Positions 15,001 through 25,537 of a DNA stretch of 64,000 bases are shown here, piece by piece. The stretch is from Gordius albopunctatus (Eukaryota). Numbering within the stretch: position 1 is the first letter of the stretch; each line of letters begins with the position of its first letter. The position numbers and the translations under genes are program-made. The notes under the pieces are model-generated. The model made no database searches and was not told where the DNA came from. It saw only the letters and a list, made by a program, of their open reading frames with translations. Where the stretch lies: NCBI GenBank assembly GCA_964276515.1, contig OZ193909.1:18104001-18168000 (forward strand), in the 5' to 3' direction.

Positions 15001-18000
15001 TTTATTGGTACAGGAACATTTAAAATTTAATTTTAAAATTGTCCTACTATTTAATGGTTTCATAAGCAAGCTAGGGGGAGGCAGGGAGGGAATATTGACC
15101 ACCCCCCTCGTTTAAATCTTTCTTAACTCACTTGTGGTTTGAAATTCAAAATACTACCTTAGCCCATCCCACTAAAGTTTTCCTCACTTTTCTATTCCAA
15201 TTCAATTGAAGCATAGTACGTAGCGATTATCAATCACGCAATTTTATCGATAATTTTATATTGACAACAAACATGCGCCTTGACAATTGAATTCTACTTC
15301 AACCCGACCCTTAGTTAATTTTGGACTGCTGTAGTTTTTGATAATTAGTTTAGCTCTCTGCTTTCTTTCGCCATCTTTGCGTTTACTAGGAGAGATCACT
15401 TTGTCAGGAGTCTGACCTGAAATTTTTCAAGTTATTATTTCAATAATACTATATTTGGCCAAATTACCCCGTGACTTCATTAAGCCTGTTAAAAACATCT
15501 TTAGGGAGAGCCTTAAAGTCTATTTTCAATTTTAAATTATATCGCATAAAATTTCGGTTAAAAAGACTAAGTCTGCCTTTAATCCACACTAAATGAAATT
15601 CATAATCATTCCAAGGACACTGCGTAATTGCACTGGCTGGCGAAAGCTATTTGTAGTTAATTAAAAAAACGTTTTTTATTATAAAAGCTAAATCTTATTT
15701 TTCTCTATTTATATATAGATGTCAATTTTATAAGTATAATGGCTTTTAGAGCATATTATAAAACGCTGGTTAATATCCAATCTCGCCCCATTATCGTTAA
15801 ATTTCTTGGGGACAGTGTATCATCTATCTTAATTTGGTTCACTTATATACCCTACTTCGATCTTTTTACTTTCTCTATATTTCGTTTGCCATTACAATCT
15901 TTAATTACTTTGGATCGTCCAAAAAACTTGATTTACACTACCCGATTATGATCTGAAGCTAGATGAATAGATCTCATAAAAACCGATACTTCGATTGAAC
16001 GTAATGAGAATTCAGGAACAGGGGTATTTAAATTAAACCACAAACTTGGATCTATAAATGCTATTTTAACTAAAATTACTTTTGCCAACTTCCAATAATC
16101 CCTTTCATTCCCTAATTAACGCTGCTAAAATTTCATAAATATTATCGGGCAGCTAAGGGGGCGGCGGCGGCGGTTTTAGAAAAAATGATGAAAGTTCATT
16201 AACCAATAAATAACATGGTATGTTTATACAAATATTTGAGTAATGCCTTTAAGTGCCCAGAGGGAGGATATCGTATAAATTCTTTTTCCGCCCTGACTTG
16301 TTAAATTTAATCGTTTAGGAAGTTTAAGAAAAGGGAAGGGGGCTGGAAAGGAAGTAATTGAAACTTAAGGGAGAGGGCTATCAATCGATGTTAAATCATT
16401 ATATGGATTTTTTTGATAATACATGATACATCATGTGAGTGATTTATTCCTTAAAATTCTTCTCATATTATCAACCTTTTCAATTAGGCGATTTGCATCA
16501 TTTAAAAATCTTTATTCCGTTTTAAATGATTTTTATTTATGCTTTTTTTATAAAATAGCTGTATAATTTTGCTGATCCTCAATTTATTGGTTCAAGAACG
16601 TGGATTCATATTTACACTTGCACACATTTAGCATAATTTCCTGGTGATGTCAGAGTCTCCTAACCAATACAGCGTTATTTTAAGGCGTCTGGTCATTTTA
16701 TAACAAAAGTGTATAATGGGCAGATCGATCTTAAATTCCATTTCGGAATCAATGGCCAGCATATTACACGATCATTTGGACTCCAACGACGATGAAGACG
16801 AACATCCAACTAAGTTACCATCGCTACTCATAAACTCCAGTATAAAAGTTTTGCAAGATAGTCGAGGGCTTTCTGTAAAATCGAGCACGAGCCGCCCCGC
16901 ATTTACATTGCTCGGTAATCGTAGTATAACTATGAGCCCCGCGAATGGGCAAACTCCTGATGATGATTTGTTATACCTTCACGGAGAGGAATACAGTGAT
17001 GCCCGTTCGTTCGAACGAATCCTTTCCATCGTGGTCCCGGTTATTTTCGGTCTCATAGTTATAACGGGATTGATCGGGAATTCACTCGTGGTTTTGGTCG
17101 TGATGAGGAAACGACAATTCCGTAGCGCAACAAACTTGCTCATCGGGAACCTGGCTATCGCCGACCTCTCGTTCCTATTGATTTGCGTTCCTTTTACGGG
17201 CACGCAATACGCGCTAGCACAATGGCCCTTCTCGGACACTTGGTGTCGGTTCGTGCAATACATGATCAACGTATGCGCATACGCGAGCGTTTATACCCTA
17301 GTTTCTATGTCCGTCATTCGGTACATAGTCGTAGTTTATCCTATGCACAGCATGTATCTTTGTACCCTGTCCCGTACCTTTAGAGTCATAGCTGCTATAT
17401 GGACCGGTTCGATCTTACTCAACGTTCCCGTTTTGTTTCTATTCCAGAAGTATGAGTACGAATTTGGGGGCCAAAGCCGGTCAGCTTGTATCATGTTGGA
17501 CGGTTCACCCCAACTTCCCCGCATATTTTATTCCCTCTTTTTCGTAGCCACCTTCGTGGCCCCTCTCAGCGCCATATGCATTCTCTACGTTATACTGCTT
17601 CGAGCTCTGTGGGACAAAACTCCCGCTACTGCAGCAGCTTCTTTCGGGGGCATCCCCCTTAATCATCCGATTGTCAATAAGGGCAAATCTTCCCTACTCG
17701 TACCGACTCAACAAGCCAAGAGGGGTTGGAGGAGGGGCAAAAAGGGTTCGAATCTGGCCGGAGCTTCTATAAGTAGTACGGACACTATGGGATCTCAGTA
17801 TCATCATGGAGAAATCATGCTCGGCGATAAAAGTCTCACTACCGATTACTACTCTAAATCATCGTTCAGTGGCGAATTGATTGGTGGCGATCGCGTTTCT
17901 AAGGGTAACTCATGTAAACCGGGCCCCCTTTTAACAAAATCAGAGGCCGGGGCTGGATCGCACCTAAAGAACAAGAAAAAAGTCACTAAACTCACCGTCA

Positions 18001-21000
18001 TCGTGGTCGTTGTGTTTGCGGCTTGTTGGTTGCCTATCCACATCATGTTGTTGGTGCAATACTTTGCGTCCCGTGAATTCGGACCAGCCTTTCAGCCCAC
18101 ACTGGTGGCCGCTAATTGCTTGGCTTACATGAATTCTTGCGTCAATCCCATTCTATACTCTTTCCTATCTCGAAGCTTTTACCAAGCCTTTCTCGAACTC
18201 TTGTGTCCGGGCTTGGCTAAAAGGAACCGTAAGAAAAAAATAATGTGCAACAAGAATCGTTACCAGAAGAAGGACCGACACAGGTCTTCAGGATCACCAG
18301 CTCCCCTGCAAAAACCCATGTCATCTCACAAGAATTCAAAGGGAGGGGGTCGTTTAACTACAATATACAGCGGTTTACCCTTAGCAAAAACTGATTCCAC
18401 TAAAATCGCCACTCTTCCCGACAAATCACCCAACGGTTCTCCTCATAACATTGCCGATGAGACGGGTTCTCTATGGTCCGGTTCGGAGGATTTGACCAAT
18501 ACCACGGGCATGACTTCAAGATATATAACCGCCGAGGCGGATGATACCGAATTAATATTGAGCGAATACAAGGTTAAATACGTGGGAGGAGCCTTGCATA
18601 AACCAACACTTCGTAGTGTCTCCAATAACGGTATCTTAACAACGAGCTCGATCCCGAAAAAATCTATGGCCCGATCAAAATTTTCACAAATTTCTCTAAC
18701 TACCGCGACATCCAAACGACCTACCCCCAAAATCTTTACCTTTTCGTTTAGGGAGAGCGATAAAATTGCTACCCCTCTACCTACGATAAATCATCCTATC
18801 GTGCCCGTTGGTGCTTTAAAGATGTCGTCTCAACCAGAAGAACAAACACCCCCTAACTCTACCTCCTCTCCCCCATTTTGGGGACAATTAAGGCGATTGT
18901 CAAACAGTTCGGTTAAATCCGTACCCGATAAATTAGAACCCGATTTAGACACTGTTTTTGAAGATCCGACCTACGATGACTTTAAACTTAGCCAATGCAA
19001 TAAGAATTTGATCGATTCTTACCAGACCGAGCCTAAAAGGAGCAAAAGTATTATGCGCGGTGGTGTTGGTTACCTAGAATCGTCTATTTAATATTCTGCA
19101 ACCCTCTTCTCACCAACACTAAAAACCAATTATGCGAAATTAATCAAATTAAAAAGCGATAAAACTGCTCAATCTGAATAAATAAGCGCCACATCTCTCT
19201 CAATAATAAAATAATCTGCCGCCGAGGGAAAAAGTTATAAATTTATTCAACAACTCCCATTCTCCTCTCTTGGAACGATATATATTCCCGATACCATAAA
19301 TTCAAACCGGACACACTTCGTAATATTCGTAGCCACTCGTAAATTGAGGCCTGCTCTCCTCCCTTGATATACTTCTTAGAGATATCGACGACTTAACTTA
19401 TATGCGCGAAATACGATATTATATGCGCGCGCGAGATGGGTGTTTTTTTATGCATGGAAAATATACAATTATTCTTATGTTATGCCGATTGACCCTTCCG
19501 TATTCCCTCTTATTAACGATAAATTACGAATCCATTACATATCATTTTGGAAATAAACATGTAGATATAATATTATTTATACAACGATCTACAGTTAAAA
19601 GGATATGATGTCCATGCTATAAAAACTGCTCACTTACGATGCTTGTAAATGGCATTTTATGATAAAAGTGGTGGTAAAAGGGTCATGGTAATCGCAATTG
19701 GAGGATCATAATGTGTAATCCCATACGCAGGCTTTCTACCATTTTTTGATGACTTAATAGGGAAATGGTGACACAATGTTTTCAATGAAATAATTTAATC
19801 AATAAGTAAGGAATGACTTTTGTGCCCTAGTGACTGGACAGGGCGGGTGACTACTGACTGTTTTAGAGCATAAAAATTGCAATTTTAATAACATTCTAAA
19901 TTTAACTATAGTAACAGTGTAGAAAAATGCTTAATAATTCTTTAGTTAAAACGAGGTGTACCAATGTGCTCCAAAATCAGGTAAAATCAATGGAAGGTCT
20001 ACTTTTTGATTCTAAATGTTTGAAATTTGTAGAAATATACGGCCACTACGGAGAAAGTTGTCAGCAATATCAATCGCGATTGGAAAATTACGACAAGCTG
20101 GTACATTATTAACCCTAATATATACATAAATTTTTAAAAACAAAGAAAAAGTCTGGATTAAACGTTAAAATATTAATAGTTCAAATTAATATTGATTAGG
20201 CCAAAAGTTTCATTACGAGAATGAGATATAGGTTAATACACGGGCGTGACCAGGAATGGGATTAGAGTGGGGGGGAGCAGTGATAATTTAGGGAGGGGCA
20301 AAATGATAATTTTTTTTGAATATTAGGCAAAATAATATTAAAATTTAAAGGATTTTTGGATTTAGAGAGAGGCAGCCCCCCCCTGTCCTGACTGGGACAG
20401 GTTAATGTAAAATCTAATTTTTAACCATATCTTATTGTTCAACTGCCTAATCTCATGCAATACAATAATACATATAATTTGTTGGATTATACTTTGATAT
20501 AAAAGTTTATGGAAAACTACACGTATCAACAACGAGAACACCATCTGAACCGTTGCTTACCCAGCGTGCCCTCGCGTCACGAACGTGGTTGTAATTTGCT
20601 GGGCACCATGCACAATTATGCCCACTTTCAAATCCCATCAATATTACCAGCCCCATCATCTACTAATCCCAAGAGAAATGGTATAGTATGGACCGAATAT
20701 ACGAGGGACAATGTTCCTAATGGAGCAGATTCACTGAATTACGACTTTGTAGGCGATGAAAATGATGGTAGAATCAGTAAAAGACATCTTGATGGCTCTC
20801 AAAATCAGGATTTTATCCAGGAGATTAATGCGGACACCACGCCCGTCCAAAGTGTAGATAGTGCTGTGGAATCTTTAGATAGCTCTGGTGGAGAAAATCA
20901 TTCTCCACCTATTCAAGGGATGGAAGATTTAACTTCACGACAGTAATTTAACGAAATTTATTGATTCAAAAATTTTATCATAATCCCCATAGCCTTTTTC

Positions 21001-24000
21001 CATATTATAAAATAACTCATTAAGCAATGCCATATTTTAAACATTTATTCCAAAAATTTGTTATTTAAAAGCAATACCCATAATACTAACACTTGGTATT
21101 TTATGGCTATTTTAATTGTTTTTTAATCTAGACATAGTAAATATCCATCACCCCCACCACTCTTACTTTATGATGCCAGTGCTGCCACGTCAATCATCCC
21201 GACCCATTTGCAAGCCGGACCTATGCTCGGGTTTTGCAACAGTATATATTCCTCCATCTATTGCGATCATGGAAGAGTGCGACAAAATGCCTCGGTGTCG
21301 GACAACTCAAATTTATACCACCATTGTCGAAGGCCTAAAAGAACTTTGGTGTCTCGCCACTCTTCACCCTCCTGTTCTTTAACGCGTCCTAACCAAAATT
21401 ACAGCGTCATTTTTAAAGGTTTTAACATTAATTTGTTTTTGTTTTTCCACATAACCTTAAAATCTTTGGTTAATATTTATTTTGGGAATTCGGTCTGGAC
21501 TGATTTTGGGAGATTTCGAGTTTTTGATTACAAATTTCTACCAAGTCCGAAAGCTTTGTTAAGAACATAAATAGTTTAGTGATGAACGACATGGGCGTAG
21601 CCAAGGGGAGGGGCAGGGACGGGCCCCATGAATTCAAAAATTCTTCAAAATGTTTGAAAATTTAGTTAAGTTTTATAAAAACATCATTTTCCTCTTCCTT
21701 AAATCATTTTGCTCCTCCCTCTTTAAATTCTAGTTACGTTCATGATGGATGATAATTTATTTTTTTGAGCAGAGGGAGGAGGGTCGCAGTTGACCATCTT
21801 CATCTCAACTAAACGATATTATAAATTAATTTTTTATAAAACGATATAAAAAAAACCCGCTAAAATATACTTTTTTGTACAATGACATTAGATCGAACGA
21901 ACTTGGGGAATGTGCGACTTCAAGGAGAGGCGTTAAGCGATGGAGCCCCCTGTTTTGAAGAAGAACAATTGGTATCGCTAAACAGAACGACCGACAGTGG
22001 AATAACCAAAAGTCCATTACCCCTAAAATCTCGTAGATTTAATTCGTGTAGATCTTCCAGCCCGGATCCATTCTATTCCCGCCCTTACTTTCCCCCTAAA
22101 TGTCAAGATATCATGACCGATGTCCCCAAATACATGATGACGGCTACCCAAAATTCTACGGCTAAAAAGCGTTTTGACAACGAGCAAACTCGCGATTTTT
22201 TGCGCGTTACTATACCACAAAATTCGCTAAACCAAAAACTGTCACAAAAGGGTCCTAAACAAGAGCCTGTAACGTCATCTAAAAAGACATCCAGGATAAT
22301 GGTTATTTCATTACATGATAAAATTTAGAGTATAATTGTGCTTATAGGGGATTATATAAATCCTTCCGTTTGAAAGAGATAGGAGACAAAATAGCCATAC
22401 ATTTAGAAATATTTTATAAAAGTTTTTTTTATTGTAATAACCATAATTTATGGAATTTAATTATGAATGAGCATCCCAAAATTGGGCAAGAATTTTAAAA
22501 TAAAACTATTTTGTTAGCTTAAAATCTCAAAATCTATCTTGCAACAAATATTCAGTATAATATTTTAAACATAAAAACGAAAAAAATTGATAACAAAGTC
22601 AAATTTTGAGTTTTAAAACGCCAATAGGTAAAATAGGGTTCTAAAAGTTTAAAGAAATATTCATCTTCTTAAAAGCTAATTAAGTCCTTATAAGTTAAAT
22701 TTTCAAGATGTTAATTTTTCCAAATTCCAGGAGATAAAGTGGCATACATAAGGTATTGAGATTAGAAGGTTAAATTTCGTATGCAAAAAGTTTAGATTAT
22801 TGACTATAAAGTGTCTGCTCCAAAAATTAACATTTATATTAGCTGTCTCGAGCCTATCGATTTAAACTAACCTTAAAGACTAATTTAATCATTTCTACCC
22901 TAGGAAACAATTAAAAACTAATAAGAATAGCTTAATTTAGAATATAAATTTAATTTCTTATAATAAACCTATGAATTTTTAGATGGTGATAACTAAATTA
23001 AGCCTATTTTCAAAATAAAAATGTTAAGAACATATAGGTCCTTTCCTTTTAATTAAGAAAATTCTAAAATCTGAACAAAAGCTTGTTTTTTATTTCTAAA
23101 TTTTAAGAATTTTTTTCTCCAATCCACATAGTAATTTTGCTTCGGTATGGCATGGCTTTCAATCAAAAATTAATAATAACTAATTTATTAACGTAACAAG
23201 CAGTATAGTAACATTAAATTTTATATAGTCTGACGAATGGAGTGACCTATTGAAAAATCTGGATAATTTTGGGGAATCTGAACTTTTAAAACACATCGAA
23301 GAAGCTATATTAGGAGAGGGTACCCCAGTGGAACGATCAGAATCACCTTTATATCCAAAGCATGGAAAATCGTCATTGAGTAGCCAAATTAAACGAGTTG
23401 ACAGTGGAAAAATGTCCAAAATTATGACATCCAATCTTAACCCATGGTATTTAAGGAATGGACCTAGTATGCTAGGATTCAAGGAGACCAAACCCGACGC
23501 TAAAGGTTAAATTTATGGTTTTATAATGCTTTTTAGTTTTAAAAACGCATTAATTCTTTGGAATTCTTTAGAGTTGTGTGAAATTTAATTGGGATATCAA
23601 ATCAATAAATTACAAGCTAATGGTTTTTTAGGAATATATATCTTGTAAGATGAGAAGATAATTAGAAATTAATTTATAATTTCAATAAGTAGAGTTGGTG
23701 GTCAGGTCAATGAATTCAAGTTTAGAGGGTTAATAAATATATAATCTGCAAACTTTTGTTCCTAATCCAATCAAATATTTATCAAAGCCTTTGTGTTTTA
23801 TGCAACCATAAATATAAAGCTATTTAATGATTTAAAAAATAATTTTAACTCCATGAAAAAAAGAGGGGGGGGGGAAAGATTACCGCTCGTGATGTTTATA
23901 TTTCAAATTTGCAAAAATTAATTTTTTCAATTTTGCAGTCGGGTCATCAAAATTGTCAGCAAACACCTTTCCAATTCTTTACAAAGTCCATCTTACACGA

Positions 24001-24819
24001 GAACTGTTAGGAACTAAATTTGCTGTAGAAATCGCTGAGCTACCCCAAAGGTTAGGTTTTGTCGTAGCCTCAGTTAGAGAAATCGCTATTGTGGAAAAAC
24101 AAGATTTTTGCGTTACTGAGATGGATCTTCAAAGTTTTCGCATGTTAAGACCGATGGATCGAATTTTACAAGTAACACACTAACTAACCCCAAATTTTCA
24201 AAAATACATTTAAAAAACTAAAATTGAGGCTATTACAAAAGGTTTAATTTCATATTTTCCCCCTATCTAGATCAATGGACTGTCCACCAAAAGTTTGAGT
24301 TGGGAACGGCTAGTTAAGCAGTTGGATAGCATGATCAAACCGACTTTAGAATTATCACTGGGACGCGATAACTCAAGCACTAATAACGCTAAAAACAGTA
24401 CGTACGAAACATTACAGGACGCCACTTGTAGGAAATATTTATTAAGAAATAATCGACCAACCCTGAATATCAGTTTTTTGCCTTCTACGTTTACCCGCAA
24501 ATGTATTATCCGACCCAAAGACAATCAGAGTGTAAATCTTAATCCAGCTCTTAAAAACATCGAATCAAATCTCAATTTTAAGACTAGCTCTAGCCAAAAT
24601 CTGTTTGTCACCAAATGTCAAGATGGTGACGACAAAGAAACTTCAACGTCCACACTAAATACAGTTATATACACGACTCACAAATGCGACATAACTATAT
24701 TACCCAAGGGTTCTACTACCTCAATTACCATGGCCCCAAATTCAACAACTGCATCAGATCTTGAAGCAACGAAAGCCAATAATGATAAAACTATCTTTAC
24801 AACTATAAAAACTTTATAA
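71..24819 (+). CDS. GRIP: Glutamate receptor-interacting protein (GRIP)-like multi-PDZ scaffold, 5'-partial (starts in PDZ2; PDZ2-PDZ7 visible)
   Basis: Phase-consistent GT-AG exons: 71-216, 456-600, 1068-1330, 1844-1978, 2047-2159, 2329-2399, 2871-3118, 3467-3536, 3649-3794, 5047-5197, 8822-8970, 20033-20100, 20506-20942, 21132-21418, 21892-22301, 23229-23505, 23939-24171, 24271-24819. Translations match GRIP1 as I recall it: EGCIKPGDRL..IEYD, SIADRCGAL, HSETTEV, IEFDVAESIVATSGVF, KLKIQKDD, YSVEVCKNGGPLGLTLSG..PFD, TGAIHVDDKLLAINGESLRGKSLNEA, linker SVDSAVES and WSDLLKNLDNFGESELLKHIEEAI, and PDZ7 LRPMDRILQINGL. The low-complexity exons at 20033-22301 are less certain. Confidence 0.92.
4037..4190. 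mobile_element. MITE family A copy (~160-180 bp, CATGGGCGTAGC-type TIR)
   Basis: Shares the core CTCTAAATCCA..TTTAAAATTTCATATAATTATAGCTAAA..TTTCAAAAAATT.TCATTTTGCCC.TCCCT.AATCAT.ATTGCCCCCC with many copies in the window. Confidence 0.7.
7059..7218. mobile_element. MITE family A copy
   Basis: TTGGGTGTAGCTAG...CCACGCCCGG ends and the family core sequence. Confidence 0.7.
11750..11917. mobile_element. MITE family A copy
   Basis: GGACGTAGCCAGGGGG...CCTGCCTACACCCATG ends and the family core. Confidence 0.75.
16716..19091 (+). CDS. Intronless class A neuropeptide GPCR, allatostatin-A/galanin receptor family (791 aa), nested in the GRIP intron 8971-20032
   Basis: Single ORF with 7 hydrophobic segments and rhodopsin-family motifs: GLIGNSLV (TM1), TNLLIGNLAIADLSFLLICVPFT (TM2), WPFSDTWCRFVQYMINVCAYASVYTLV (TM3, AstA-R-like), CWLPIH (TM6), NCLAYMNSCVNPILYSFLS (TM7). 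Confidence 0.9.
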   Translation: MGRSILNSISESMASILHDHLDSNDDEDEHPTKLPSLLINSSIKVLQDSRGLSVKSSTSRPAFTLLGNRSITMSPANGQTPDDDLLYLHGEEYSDARSFERILSIVVPVIFGLIVITGLIGNSLVVLVVMRKRQFRSATNLLIGNLAIADLSFLLICVPFTGTQYALAQWPFSDTWCRFVQYMINVCAYASVYTLVSMSVIRYIVVVYPMHSMYLCTLSRTFRVIAAIWTGSILLNVPVLFLFQKYEYEFGGQSRSACIMLDGSPQLPRIFYSLFFVATFVAPLSAICILYVILLRALWDKTPATAAASFGGIPLNHPIVNKGKSSLLVPTQQAKRGWRRGKKGSNLAGASISSTDTMGSQYHHGEIMLGDKSLTTDYYSKSSFSGELIGGDRVSKGNSCKPGPLLTKSEAGAGSHLKNKKKVTKLTVIVVVVFAACWLPIHIMLLVQYFASREFGPAFQPTLVAANCLAYMNSCVNPILYSFLSRSFYQAFLELLCPGLAKRNRKKKIMCNKNRYQKKDRHRSSGSPAPLQKPMSSHKNSKGGGRLTTIYSGLPLAKTDSTKIATLPDKSPNGSPHNIADETGSLWSGSEDLTNTTGMTSRYITAEADDTELILSEYKVKYVGGALHKPTLRSVSNNGILTTSSIPKKSMARSKFSQISLTTATSKRPTPKIFTFSFRESDKIATPLPTINHPIVPVGALKMSSQPEEQTPPNSTSSPPFWGQLRRLSNSSVKSVPDKLEPDLDTVFEDPTYDDFKLSQCNKNLIDSYQTEPKRSKSIMRGGVGYLESSI
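20239..20399. mobile_element. MITE family A copy (reverse orientation)
   Basis: Family core reversed; 8-bp TSD GGTTAATA/GGTTAATG. Confidence 0.75.
21590..21744. mobile_element. MITE family A copy
   Basis: CATGGGCGTAGCCAAGG...TAGTTACGTTCATG; degenerate TSD ATGAACGA/ATGGATGA. Confidence 0.75.
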
Positions 24820-25537
24820 ATTTTGTGGAAAATTGCCGTTAATTTCTAAATTTTCAAAAGTAAAAATTTCATTACGGTTCTGCCGATATTTATTTAAACT
24901 TTAAAGATCTTCTATAAAGAGGTTTTAATTTGTGCGTTAAATTTATTTGCAAAGGTTAGCCCCCTCCCCTCCCATTAATGCAATACCATCCAATTATGTT
25001 GTTTTATTTAAATGGAATTTTTTGTAAAACATTTATTTTCCGTTTTTATACAATTTATACTATAACATGAAGTATACCTAAATAAATGAATACTACTTTT
25101 GCCTCTGAGGTAAGCAAGTGAGGTGTATTTCAATTAGATCTATAGTAAATTTACAAAATGTATATTATAAGTCGAAATGAATTTATTAATAAGAATCTGG
25201 TTTAGGCCGAAATTGGGGATTTTATAAGTTAAATAACGCTTGACCAAAAATTTTGCTAATATATTTGAGATTTGAAAGTAAACGAACAATAACTAACAAA
25301 ATACTTCTTATGTATACTTAAACAAATAGAGCTGCTGATTAGTGTTAAAAAAGCATTGGAAGGTTTGAATAAAGTTGGCCTATAAATATTAAAATCCCGA
25401 CTAAAATTTATTTAAAGTCCATCCAATTTTTGGACAAATTTAAATCAACAAAGACGACCGCGACATGGTGGATATACACTATAAACGCACACATATCATT
25501 TCATTTGTAAGGAACAATAAGTGATGTTGATAGGCAA

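Noticed and set aside
16979..18730. Several antisense and alternate-frame ORFs inside the GPCR
   Set aside because: Shadow ORFs of a GC-richer coding region with no recognisable motifs.
20509..22328. ORFs 20509-20946, 21208-21570 and 21882-22328 as independent small genes
   Set aside because: They have phase-compatible splice sites and a GRIP linker motif (SVDSAVES), so they are better explained as GRIP exons.
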